A DNA stretch of 64,000 nucleotides from Octopus sinensis (taxonomy: Eukaryota). Made by a program: the position numbers and the translations under genes. Below, piece by piece: positions 12,395 to 24,992 of this stretch. The stretch's first letter is position 1; every line of letters begins with the position of its first letter. Where the stretch lies: contig NC_043004.1 of the NCBI RefSeq assembly GCF_006345805.1, positions 50,530,001 to 50,594,000 on the forward strand, in the 5' to 3' direction. Under the pieces are notes generated by a model. It was not told where the DNA came from. It ran no database searches and saw nothing but the letters and a program-made list of their open reading frames with translations.

Positions 12395-13700
12395 CACCAC
12401 AGTAAGACATCGCGTCCAATGAGGCTCAGCTACCTTGTGTAGAGAAGGCTATCAGAAGATACGAGGCGGTGGCCGGGGCAAAAGTTAACAAGGACAAGTT
12501 CATCGGCTTGTGCCTCGGCACCTGGAGGAGCAAGTTGATATCGCCCAGTGTCGCGAGTCACTGGACTGATGGTATTGTTAAGTTGCTTGGAGTTTGGTTT
12601 GGACTGGACTCCCAGACGGAGAAGAAATGGAACGAGGTGGCAGACAGGATGGAGGCCCTAGTCCGGACCTGGTCCGAAAGGTTTCTGTCCCTGAACGGAA
12701 GGGCGGAGGTGGTAGAGGTGTTTATTGCATCTGTAATCACCTACTGCCTGACCGTTGTCCCTTGCCCCGACTCGTAGCTAAACAAGTTTTGGAGCGCCTC
12801 CTCTTCCGTTTATTGTGGAAAGGAGGAAATTCACTTGTGAGGCGCTCCGTCTGCTGCCAGGAACCGCTAAAGGGTGGGTTAGAGATGCCCTGGCTAATGA
12901 TGCGTTGAGACTGAGACATCTCTGGCGCTGCCTGCAGGGCGACAAGGTGTGGAATCCGCTGGCGGATGAATTCTTTTCGCTACCAGCCTCTTTGGAGAGA
13001 TTCAAACCCGGTTTCAGACGTAATCTGACAGAATGGCAAAGGAGTGCTGATCCACAAGATGGGCAAGGCCGGCAGTGAGAATACCACCTCAGTTTTGTAT
13101 AGAGGGCCGGTAGAGTATAAAAACGATGACGCCTTAGGAGGGGCTCTGGAGTTCGATGAGTATCAACTTACCAAAAAATCTTTCAAAAAAACTTTCGGGT
13201 CAAAAATCCCTGACTTGACAGTGTTACAGGAACGCTTTACCTGTTCGAGATAAGTTATCCAGGCACGGAATGTCGGTTCCAACGACATGTCCAAGATGTA
13301 CATTGTCAGGAGCTGTCAGGCTTGATAATTTACGTCGAACACGTATTGTCGCATCTGGGAAAAGTTCAGCTATCGGCTGAGTCTATAATAAAGATTGTAC
13401 CGCCAACTGAACTCTCGAAGGAAGGTGAGGCATGCTTTTTCTGTACAGTTGCGGTTCTGAAAGAATGTGTGTGGAAGACTAGGATGCAAGGATTCGTGAC
13501 ATGGTCCTTCATTTCTGGCCCTGGTTTGCAACAATACTTCAGATATCACCTGAAGAGCAAGATAGGGCTGGAGAGAAGGACACTGTCAAGAAGCGTGTTT
13601 GAGGAAAGAGAGAAAGCTGTATTAAGAAAGGTGGGTGCAAGGGACGCGGCTTAATCGGCCTTGGAAAAAAGAAGGAAATAAAGGAAGGAGATAACCGCTG
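12395..13700 (+). mobile_element. L1/Tx1-clade LINE, degenerate 3' part of ORF2
   Basis: YEAVAGAKVNKDK..VKLLGVWFG..W..LSLNGRAEVV..; GGLEMP; stops and frameshifts. Confidence 0.8.
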
Positions 13701-14240
13701 GGCTTTTGAGGCAACATGGCATATCCCTTACTCACATAGAATAAGACTATTTATTTCATCATCAATATTTTTAAATAATAGGTTCAAATGATTTTGAGCA
13801 CATCACATTTTTTATAAGTATTGTCCTATTCTGTCCCATTCATGTATTGATCTTTATGGTCGTAATAAAAAATTCAGTTAGCAAACCAAGCTACACCAGA
13901 CTGATGATAAGCAATGACTCTGCAACTAGTCTCTGGATGCTGGCTTTGCTGGGTGGAGGTGCTTATTTCCCCTTTGAAAATATAAGGACACAGAAAATGC
14001 GTCATGGTCAACAGGAAACGGTGTTTCCTAGGGCTAAATAGCAGTAGCATTCTTCCTTTTCATGGGACAATCAAATTAAGTTGACAACATACCATCACTT
14101 TATCCAGCTGGTACTGTATAAATCTAATATGATATTTCTATTTAAATTAAATAAACTTTAAATTGATTTATCTAATAAATTGATGTTTATACGCTAGTTT
14201 CTCCATTTTTTCTTCCTATCATGTATACATATATATATAT

Positions 14241-14298
<58 letters not shown>

Positions 14299-14573
14299 AG
14301 TGTAAAAACGATAGGAAGTGGCACTCAATACATTTGGTAGGATTTACATATATTTTTAATAACACTTTGACTTCATATGGCTTAAAGTTTCATGGGTGCG
14401 TAGGACACGTCCACCTTATCAGATATTATGGACTTCATGATATGGATGTGTCCTACATGCTGATGTGGAGCTGAGTCAAACTCTTATTAAATTTACATAC
14501 ACACGCACACACCACACACTCATACACGTGTGTGTGTTTGTACTAGTGTGTGTGTGTGTGTATGTGTGAGTGT

Positions 14574-14619
<46 letters not shown>

Positions 14620-14706
14620 CTGCATGCGTGCGTGATTTTGTGTGAAGAGGATCTCAATTATGTTAGAGGAAATGTGTTCTGTAAGGGATGAAAACCGAAT
14701 ACTTAC

Positions 14707-14824
14707 AGGCAGCGCGATTCTCCATACTCGTTATCCCATCCGTAGGACGGGAAGTTTCGCGGTTTGCCCAGTTGGACCTCTCTGCCTTCAAGAGCCACCA
14801 ACGAGTTCGGACCAACAGGTGTGC
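14707..14824 (-). CDS. ovoA: OvoA coding exon 7 (GTPVGPNSLVALEGREVQLGKPRNFPSYGWDNEYGESRC)
   Basis: catgtAG acceptor, CT|GTAAGT donor, phase 1/2; GKPxxFPSYGWDNEY motif at start of FGE-like domain. Confidence 0.95.
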
Positions 14825-15307
14825 CTACATGAAACATATCATCATCATCATCATCATATGCTACATTGTTTTATTATATTGTAATGGTCTGTACGAAGGG
14901 GCTGTACCCTAATCCTTCACTGGTCTTCCGGTGCTAGTTAAGTTCAATGCCGTTAACGTTCCTCTTGAACCGTCGGAAATCAGTTTCTACAGGAAACACT
15001 TGTGCGAAACTGGTATTCCAAAGAATACTGGTATTCCATTCTACGAACATACGGCTGGGCATTGTGGTTAATTTGGGGCCTGGGGGGATACACAGCATTT
15101 GAGGTGAGAGGGGAGAAGAGATATGTGATTGGAAAAGTGCCTGAAGAGAAATGTCAGAAGACCAGCCAGCTCCAAGAACTAGGGGCCACAGTGGTAAAAT
15201 ATCACAGGAGAGGACACAACATATCAGCGTTTAGATTATGTTAATGAGTGAACGCATGCCAGTCAGTCAGTCAGTCAGTTAACTCTTTTTGGTCAGTCGG
15301 CACGGTT

Positions 15308-15690
15308 CAGAATGTCAGTAACTTTATCCAAGGCTTGAGAGTAGCACTCCATTGTAGGTTAGCTACAATGTTGACAACTATGATATCTGCTTTTTTTTTT
15401 TTTAGAAAACTTATGAAATGCATTCGGAATATATCCTAGCCTCACGCAAAACATGCTAACTGCTAAGCGGATTGTAACTCCACATGGTACTTACAATCCG
15501 CTTAGCAGTTAGCATGTTTCGCGTGACGCTAAGATATATTCCGAATGCATTTCATAAGTTTTCTAAAAAAAACAAAGCAGATATCATAGTTGTCAACATT
15601 GTAGCTAATCTACAATGGAGTGCTACTCCCAAACCTGGGATAATGTTACTGACATTCTGTCAACAACTCCACATGGTACTTGTTGACAGA
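15308..15690. repeat. 170-bp-arm inverted repeat plus a small hairpin sharing the same 13-nt loop
   Basis: Arms 15308-15477 and 15491-15659; loop CTCCACATGGTAC repeated at 15667-15679. Confidence 0.9.
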
Positions 15691-15715
15691 TAGGTGGGTT
15701 GCGTCATCATATGCT

Positions 15716-16009
15716 GCTTGTTTGTTCCTTCTCGAGCCACGCCTGGCTCATAGGGCCGGTTTCCCGGTTTCCTTGGTGTATAGGTTCCCCACCTGGACGG
15801 GACGCTAGTCCGTCGCAGGTGAGCTGCAAGATGCAGGAGGAAAGAGTGAGAGAAAGAGTCAGCAGAAGTTCGCCATTACCTTCTGCCGGAGCCGCGTGGA
15901 GCTTAGGTGTTTCGCTCATAAACAAACACATCGCCAGGTCTGAGATTCGAACCCACGATCCATCGACCACGAGTCCGCTGCTCTAACCACTAGGCCATGT
16001 GCCTCCACT
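15716..16009 (-). mobile_element. tRNA-derived SINE with family C-like head and a different tail
   Basis: TGGCCTAGTGGTTAG / GGTTCGAATCT boxes; TSD ATCATATGCT. Confidence 0.85.
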
Positions 16010-16342
16010 ATCATATGCTACTCATTTGACTTATTCTGGATGTTGCAAGCATTGGAGCCTCTTCTCCGATTTGAAGATATCTTCCTCTTCCCCTGTTTCT
16101 AACTTCGGGGACCCAGCCCTATAATGGATCAGTGGACACAAATATCCCCATTGACTAAAAGATAAGAAAGAGGTGGACTGTCCCTCATCATGGCATCTCT
16201 TTACAGCTAAATGTGGATAAAATCTACGTGCTAATGATATATATTTACACTAAAGTGATACAGTGATACTCGGTCAAACGTGTTTCACGTAAAACAAAAT
16301 TAAAAGTTTGAAATCTGAAATAGCAAAGTTCTAGAATTTTAC

Positions 16343-16469
16343 CGGTTTTCATTTCAGCATATACCCATGTTGGAGGCTTCGTCACTACGTTGACTGGGAG
16401 TTGACGAATAAGGACAGAAGATGTTTCTAGATGAATACGTTCGTGCGCCATGCCCATTAGAAGGGCCCA
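16343..16469 (-). CDS. ovoA: OvoA coding exon 6 (WALLMGMAHERIHLETSSVLIRQLPVNVVTKPPTWVYAEMKT) with H-x3-H-x-E iron-binding motif
   Basis: ctatacAG acceptor, G|GTAAAA donor; HERIHLETSSVLIRQ is the OvoA signature. Confidence 0.97.
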
Positions 16470-16486
16470 CTGTATAGAAAAGTAGA

Positions 16487-16588
<102 letters not shown>

Positions 16589-16608
16589 AAGAAGAAGAAG
16601 AAGAAGAA

Positions 16609-18806
16609 GAATTTAACAGACAGCAGCATATTCCCTAATGAACAGAAATGATGTAAACGTGGATCCTATGGTTGTAAAGATCAACTACTCATCAATAAGA
16701 TGATCTTAGAAGATTGTCACAAACGACACAAAAACTTGTCAATAGCCTGGATAGACTATAAAAAGGCGTTTAATAGCCTACCACATAGATGGATTAAGAA
16801 ATGCCTGGAAATGTATAAAATAGCACCTACTCTACGAAACTTTTTGTCTGTAAGTATGAGATCATGGAGAACCACACTAACTTTGAACAGTGACAATGAA
16901 TCTCTAAATGCTGGTGATGTAAAAATTTCATGTGGCATTTTCCAGGGTGACTCACTATCACCACTCCTCTTTTGTTTAGTCTTAATTCCTCTCTCAAAAT
17001 TGCTCAATGACGCGCAGTACGGATATAAAATGTTTGATAAAAATATAAATCATCTCATTTACATGGATGATTTAAAGCGCTTTGCAAAATATGACCAACA
17101 ACTCAAGGGCTTACTAGCGATTGTTAAACAATTCAGCGATGACATCAAAATTCAATTTGGCCTCGATAAATGTGCAAAAGCTGCCTTTATTAAAGGAAAA
17201 ATGACAGAAACATCTAACGTTAACCTTGACCAGTAGCATGTCATAAAAGAGTTAGACCCACCAGAGAGCTACAAGTACCTAGGGGTAATTGAAGGGGACG
17301 GAATAAGGCATTTAGTTGTGAATGAAAGGATCAGGAGAGAATGTTATTGCAGAGTAAGAGCAATATTCAAGACAGAGCTGAATGCGAGAAACAGGATCGA
17401 AGCGATCAATGCTTTAGCCATACCAGTCGTGACTTACAGTTTCAATATCGTTAACTGGTCAATTACTGAAATATGTAATCTTGACAGGAAAATACGAAAA
17501 CTGTTGACAATGCATAGAATGCACCACCCTAAGGCAAGTATAGAACGACTTTATCTGCCAAGAAAAGAGGGAGGCCGTGGACTTTTACAACTGACAATAA
17601 CAATGAAGATTGCTACAATTGGCCTAGACACCTACCTGAAAAACTCTGAGGACTGGATGTTAAAACTTGTCTCAAAACATGAAAACAAGAAAGCATCATA
17701 CTCAGTAACAAAACAGGCAAAGGAATATCTATGTGAATTCCAAATACAACAAATTTCAGAATTAGACATACAAGAAACAAGCACAGAAAAAGCTAAGCTC
17801 ATGAAAACCCATGCTAAAACTGCTGCCTTAGATATTCTGAATGATAAATGGCAAGAAAAACCTCTCTATGGCAAATACCCAAAGAGAGCGAATAATGCAG
17901 ATGTTGACAAAGCCCTGACCCATCAATGGCTAATGGCCTCTGGCTTAAAATCTGAAACAGAAGGGTTTATCATAGCAGCTCAAGATCAATGCCTACCTAC
18001 AAGGAACTACCAGGCCAACATATTAAAGAACGGCAGTAGCCCAGCATGTAGTGTATGTCAACAATAAAATGAAACCATTGATCATGTTGTCTCCAAGTGC
18101 AGTCTTCTGGCGCCTACAGATTATCTCAACAGGCATGATAGAGCTGCACAATATATTCACTGGGTAATTTGCAATAACCTGGATTTGCCCCATGAAAAAA
18201 ACTGGTGGGAACACAAACCACCTCCAGTGCTTGAAAATGACCACATCTCACTCCTCTGGAACTTCACCATTCAAACTTACAGAAAGATAGATGCAAATAG
18301 GCCAGACATCATATTGAAAGACTTCAGACAAAGAACATGCCTCCTCATTGATATGACTGTCCCAATCGATATAAACGTATCTGTCAAGACCTACCAAAAA
18401 CTGAGCAAATATAAAGATCTGGAAATAGAAATCAGCAAAATGTTGAACCTGAAGACTAAAACAATACCTGTTGTCATAGGTGCCCTGGGAATGATAGCAA
18501 AAGGGGCTGATTGCTACCTAACTCAGATACCAGGAAACCCCAAAATGGCAGAAATTCAAAAGATAGTACTCATGGGAACTGCTCATATCCTACGCAAAAT
18601 ACTTTCTTTGTAATCTCAAGTTTTAAAACAAACATAATTTTCGTATGGTTTTTTAGACATTCACTAGTACAACACTAAATACAAGACCAAATATATGGCA
18701 CCCTATGCATAACAACAACATGAACTTCCAACCTGTTGTCTCTTGAGATCTCTGGGTGAGACTCGGAGCCAACTTGTACAAATGTAAAGCAAAAGTCAAA
18801 CAGAAT
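16609..18806 (+). mobile_element. R4/Dong-clade non-LTR retrotransposon (RT + CCHC + restriction-like endonuclease), 5'-truncated, in an (AAT)n tract
   Basis: [30 protein letters not shown]...C, RHD, RPDI..D..K..KY; ORF pieces 16700-17236, 17318-18067 and 18185-18613 share one frame. Confidence 0.92.
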
Positions 18807-18825
18807 AATAATGATAATAATAATG

Positions 18826-18870
<45 letters not shown>

Positions 18871-19308
18871 TAATAATAATAATAGTGATGATGATAATGA
18901 TGATGGTGATGCTGATGATGAGGAAGAGGGGGGAGGATAGTCGTAGTGTTGGTATTGGTAGTGTGGCAGAAGTTATCGTAATTATGGTTGTGCCGATGAT
19001 GAATGAGGTAGAAGCAGTGTAGGTGGTGGTGGTGGTGGTGCCGGTGCTGGTGTTGGTAGGAGCGGTGCTGGCGTTGGTGGTGATGGTGAGAGAAGCGACG
19101 GTGGTAGTAGTGGAAGTCATGTTGGTGGCGATGATGATGACGATGATCGTGGTTTATTCAGTAGTGGTGGTGGTGGTGGTGGTGGTGGTGGCGATGATGA
19201 TGATGATCGCGATGAAAGTGTTGTTTTTGTGGTGGTAATGATGATGGAGGGTGCTGGTGATGGTGGTGAGGAATGTGATGACTATGGTGATGGTATTATT
19301 ACTCTTAC

Positions 19309-19452
19309 CCATTTGCTCTCCATGGTGATGGGAAGTTCAAGCGGTGTATCATTGATCATTTGCAGTATGGCATTTTTCACCTGCCGTCTGTAGGCTACCA
19401 CGTCAGCAACTTCCGGCCATACGATGGGTTTACCATCAATCCGCTGGTTAAC
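19309..19452 (-). CDS. ovoA: OvoA coding exon 5 (VNQRIDGKPIVWPEVADVVAYRRQVKNAILQMINDTPLELPITMESKW)
   Basis: ctaacAG acceptor, TGG|GTAAGA donor, 144 nt open, phase 0/0; WPxVxxVxxYRxxV motif; absent from the ORF track. Confidence 0.93.
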
Positions 19453-20063
19453 CTGTTAGTCGAGATAAGTATTGAATAATGAGTGACTGACGAGACATGA
19501 ATTAAAGAATAAAGCCGATTGTGACTTAACAACCGCAACAGTATTCTTTTCTACTCTAGGCACAAGGCCTGAAATTTTGGTGGGAGGGGGCCACTCAATT
19601 AGATCGACCCCAGCACGCAACTGGTGCTTATTTTATCGACTCCGAAGGGATGAAAAGCAAAGTCGACCTCGGTGGAATTTGAACTCAGAACGTAAAGACA
19701 GACGAAATAACACTAAGCGTTGCGCCCGGCGTGCTAACGTTTTTGCCAGTAATAAACCACAAAAACATTATGGATTTCTAATATCGGCACTAATACATTT
19801 TAAACCATTAATTTTGGAGGAGTTAGGCCAGTCATGAGCAAATTGTGGCCCGCAGGATTGTGCGGAACAAAATTAAAAAAATTATATTAATTTTTTTTAG
19901 TAGCGTGACGTAGGAGTGGCTGTGTGGTAAGTAGATTGTTTACCATCCACATGGTTCCGGGTTCAGTTACACTGCGTGGCACCTTGGACAAGTGTTTTCT
20001 ACTATAGCCTCGGGCCGACCAAATCCTTGTGAGTGGATTTGGTAGATGGAAACTGAAAGAAGC

Positions 20064-20115
<52 letters not shown>

Positions 20116-20754
20116 GGAGTAAACACATAAATGTGAAACAAGGTGGAAAAAAGAGTACTCAAATACCAGTGGTAGAGTAATATGCTTTATTTAAAGCAGC
20201 AGAAAATTCAACAAAACCTGTTACTCTGAGTTTCCCGTTGCCGTTCATCGGACAGTTTTTGCTATATATATATGTATGTGTGTGTGTGTCTGTGTCTGTG
20301 TTTGTCCTCCCAACATCGCTTGACAATCGATGCTGGTGTGTTTACGGCCCCGTAACTTAGCGGTTCGGTAAAAGATACCGATAGAATAAGTACTACGCTT
20401 ACAAAGAATAAGTCCTGGGGTCGATTTTCTCGACTAAAGGCAGTGCTCCAGCATGGCCACAGTCACATGACTGAAACAAGTAAAAAGTAAAAAGAGTATA
20501 GTGCGGACCGCCTAATAACGAGCCATGTTTCATGCGGCCCACTCGTAAAAAAGTAACCCATACCTAAGTTAAACCATTTGAGTTAGACTTCATTACTTGA
20601 CTGGAACTTTATTTCATTGATCCTAAAAGTCAAACTTTACCTCGTCGTCATTTGAACTTAGAAGGTCATTAGTTAGAGCTCTGGTTCTCAATCGGGGTCC
20701 TCATAAGGTTTTATTGTTAAAATTTATGAGCAATAAATTGCTTATACTTCTACA

Positions 20755-21095
20755 AGGCGTGTGGCTCAATGGTTAGAGCATTGAGCTTACGATCGTGATG
20801 TTGTGAGCTCGAATCTCGGACCGGGCTGCGTGTTGTGTTCTTGAGCAAGACACTTTATTTCACGTTGCTCCAGTTCACTCAGCTGTAGAAATGAGTTGCG
20901 ACGTCACAGGTGCCAAGCTGTATCGGCCCTTGCCTTTCCCTTGGACAATATCGGTGACGTGGAGAGGGGAGGCCGGTATGCATGGGCGACTGCTGGTCTT
21001 CCATAAAACAACCTTGCCCAGACTTGTGCCTTGGAGGGTAACTCTCTAGGTGCAAACCCATGGTCAGTGTCTGACCGAAGGGGGTCACCACCACC
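20755..21095 (+). mobile_element. tRNA-derived SINE family D (related degenerate copy 60735-60960-)
   Basis: TGGCTCAATGGTTAG / GCTCGAATCT boxes; TSD ACTTCTACAA. Confidence 0.85.
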
Positions 21096-21307
21096 ACTTC
21101 TACAATACACCAAATGTTTTAATTCTTTTTTTAATATACAGTTCCTAATAATATTTAATAATAGTAATATACATAAGATACTAATAATGAGACGCCATTA
21201 GAACAGCAGAAACACGGGGTGAATTTTTCCGCTTTGTAAGGGTAATTTATTCAATGTTTCTCCTGTTCTAACGGCGTCTCTGCGTTCGAAAATAAATTAT
21301 CATCTTA

Positions 21308-21675
21308 CTAGCAGCATCGCCCCGCGTTGCTCGGGTTTGTTTCGACCCTTTAGAATTGGAATTTTTGAAAAGTAAAAATTGTGCATTATGTAGCTTGTTA
21401 TTCTCTTTAAGATAACATTTTTCTGGTTGAAATACACCGAAAAATGGCGACACAGCAGTCAAAAAATCGTAAAAAATAGGGAATTTCATAGAAAAAAAGC
21501 ACCTTTTTGATGGTCCGATTTGAATTTTATCTCCTACGGAATGAAGAGCAAGCCTTGTTCTATCATACTCTCAATTTTGGTAAACTTGCGCCGCAGGGTC
21601 TCGGAGGAGATAGTGTTAGTTGAAGGCTACCAAACCTGCCACACACAGACAACTTCAGCTTTATATATAGAGAGA
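21308..21675 (-). mobile_element. Non-autonomous Helitron
   Basis: A|TC start, CCCGAGCAACGCGGG hairpin, CTAG|T end on the minus strand. Confidence 0.8.
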
Positions 21676-21730
21676 TTTGTATCGATATTTCGGCGCTTAT
21701 AAAAAAAAATGATAGTTTGTTTATATTTAA

Positions 21731-22127
21731 CTAGCAGTATCGCCCGGCGTTGCTCGGGTTTGTAAGGGAAATAACTATATAAGCATTTTTAGAGATGTAA
21801 AGTATAATAGCCATCTCAATATGGCTAACCACAAAGGGGGGTGTTACTGTAGCTTTTTACGTTCTGAGATTTAATAATAAACCTTTAGAGAGTTACTTCC
21901 CTTATATATATGCCAAAAATGCATTAAAAATGGGAAAAATTGATGGTAATTTTTTTTTTAAATCGTAGACTCATCGTAGACGCGCGCTAATACCCAGAAG
22001 GGCTCGATATGAATCACGACTATAAGATACCCGGTTTTGGTTAAAGTGCACCGCAAAATGTGGGAGTAGTTAGGAATCTAAATCGTAGGAGACAGACAGC
22101 ACACAACCTTACTTTTATATATAAAGA
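21731..22127 (-). mobile_element. Non-autonomous Helitron (same 3' end family)
   Basis: A|TCTTTATATATAAAA start, CCCGAGCAACGCCGGG hairpin, CTAG|T end. Confidence 0.85.
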
Positions 22128-22897
22128 TTATAAGATTTTTTGAAACATCGAATGGCTATAAGGGTCCAGCGGAGTAAAATAAGAATCCAAGGTGTTCATT
22201 GGTCAAAAGAGAGTTGAGAACCAATGAGCTTGAGCAAATACCTCTAATAGAGAGCGTGAAGTGGTGGTGACGGTGATGGGAATCCACAACAATAACAGTA
22301 ACAAATAAAATAATTGAGAGAGAAAGAGAGAGAAAGAGAGAGAAAGTGCATATGAGTAAAAAAGAGAGAGAGAGAGAGAGTGAGAGACAGAGAGCGAGAC
22401 AGAGTTTGTGTGTGTGTGTGTATCAGAGAGATAATTTAGTGAGAATAAGTCCTGGGGTCGATTTGCTCGACTAACGGCGGTGCTCCAGCATGGCCACAGT
22501 CAAATGACTGAAACAAGTAAAAGAGTAAAGAGAAAGAGAGAAAGAGAGAGTGAGAATGCGTGTGTATGTGTATGTGTGATTGAGGGAGAGAGAGAGAGAG
22601 AGAATGTGTGTGAGTGAATGTGTGTCTATGAGAGAGCGAGAGAAAGTATGTGTGTCTGTGACTTTGTAGGTATGCATGTGTGTGTGTGTGTGTGTGCGTG
22701 CGCGCATACGTTCGTATGTGTGTGTATGAATATGTATCCGTTTGAGTTATTTTGTGTACGAGGTATTTGTGTGTGCGTAAGTGTGTGTGTGTGTGCGCGT
22801 TAGTGTGTGCGTATGTGTGTGTGTGTGTGTGCGTGCGTGCGCATAATTTAGTGAGTATGTGTTTGCACGTTTGTGAGAGAATGTTAGCAACACTTAC

Positions 22898-22966
22898 CGT
22901 ATCGTCCCAGAACATTTCGTCTACACCAGTCTCAAAGATGGTCTCGAACTCGGAATTTATCCGTTT
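22898..22966 (-). CDS. ovoA: OvoA coding exon 4 (KRINSEFETIFETGVDEMFWDDT)
   Basis: tttccacacAG acceptor, ACG|GTAAGT donor, phase 0/0; GVDEMxWDD motif. Confidence 0.95.
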
Positions 22967-23329
22967 CTGTGTGGAAACAAGGGCATTAATGATGTTGATG
23001 ATGATGATGATGATGATGATGATAGTGGTGGTGGTGACGGTGGCAGTGATGTTAGTGATATGGGTGATGTTGGTAATGATACATGCTCTCTGTTTTTCCT
23101 TCTTGTACAAACATACGGATATATATATATATATATCTTTTTACTCTTTACTCTTTTACTTGTTTCAGTCATTTGACTGCGGCCATGCTCAAGCACCGCC
23201 TTTAGTCGAGCAAATCGAACCCGGGACTTATTCTTTGTAAGCCCAGTACTTATTCTATCGGTCTCTTTTGCCGAACGTAAACACACCACCATCGGTTGTC
23301 AAGCACAGGGGACAAACACAGACACACAA

Positions 23330-23374
<45 letters not shown>

Positions 23375-23509
23375 CGACAGGCTTCTTTCAAGGCATTGGT
23401 CAGCCCGGGGCTATAGCAGAAGACACTTGCCCAAGATGCCACGCAGAGGGACTGAACCCGCAACCATGTGGTTGGTTAGCAAGCTACTTACCACACAGCC
23501 ACTCCTGCA

Positions 23510-23550
<41 letters not shown>

Positions 23551-23554
23551 TATA

Positions 23555-23610
<56 letters not shown>

Positions 23611-24119
23611 TATATATATAAGCAAAAAGAGAGGGACCACATGTGGTCATATATATATATATAACGGATATATATATATTATATATTGTAAAGAATCTCG
23701 CTGAAGAGATTTTCCTCACTTGGTGAGTCGTAGTGAAAAAATATATATAAAAAAAGAAGGAAAATGCTTACAATTTAGATATTTCTAATATATTTAACAA
23801 ACTTGAATATTATGATAGTCAACAGGTTTCGTGTTTTGTTACGGGTTTCGTATCATGACTGGGAAATTGGTTGAAATATAGCAATTTCGAGTATCTTAAG
23901 GAATTTTTGTCCATGTTGTTTGTATGAGAGTTTGTTTGTAGAAACAACATGAAATAAAAACGCCTTAAGTTACTACAAAATTGCAAAATTTTCACCAATT
24001 TCCCAATCATGATTAGCAAAACGTGAAACCGGTAGACTATCATGATGTTCTATCTTACAAAATACATTAAAAATATCTAAATTGTGTGCATTTTCCTTCT
24101 TTTGTTATATATTTTTTCA

Positions 24120-24226
<107 letters not shown>

Positions 24227-24714
24227 ATCATTATTATTACTATTTTTTCGCTTAGTCATTGTGATACTAATACCCTGGTGTTAAAACTCAGTGTACATAT
24301 ACTGCCCAACATAGCCGCTCATAGGTGTAGGAGTGGCTGTGTGGTAAGTAGCTTGCTTACCAACCACATGGTTCCGGGTTCAGTCCCACTGCGTGGCGCC
24401 TTGACTAAGTGTCTTCTATAGCCTCGGGCCGACCAAAACCTTGTGAGTGGATTTGGTAGACGGAAACTGAAAGAAGCCCGTCGTATATACTCTTTACTCT
24501 TTTACTTGTTTCAGTCCTTTGACTGTGGCCATGCTGGAGCACCGCCTTTAGTCGAGCAAATTGACCCCAGGACTTATTCTTTGTAAGCCCAGTACTTATT
24601 CTATCGCTAAGTGACGGGGACGTAAACACACCAGCATCGGTTGTCAAGCGATGCTAAGGGGACAAAAACAGACAAACAAACACATACACACACACACACA
24701 TAATATATATATAT

Positions 24715-24758
<44 letters not shown>

Positions 24759-24909
24759 TACGACAGGCTTCTTTCAGTTTTCGTCTACCAAATCCACTCA
24801 CAAGGCATTGGTCGGCCCGGGGCCATAGCAGAAATGCCACGCAGTGGGACTGAACCCGGAACCAGGTGGTTGGTTAGCAAGCTACTTACCACACAGCCAC
24901 TCCTGCGCC

Positions 24910-24992
<83 letters not shown>

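Larger units (their letters stand above)
20680..22225. mobile_element. hAT-like MITE shell carrying nested insertions
   Basis: TGGTTCTCAA ... TTGAGAACCA termini. Confidence 0.5.
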
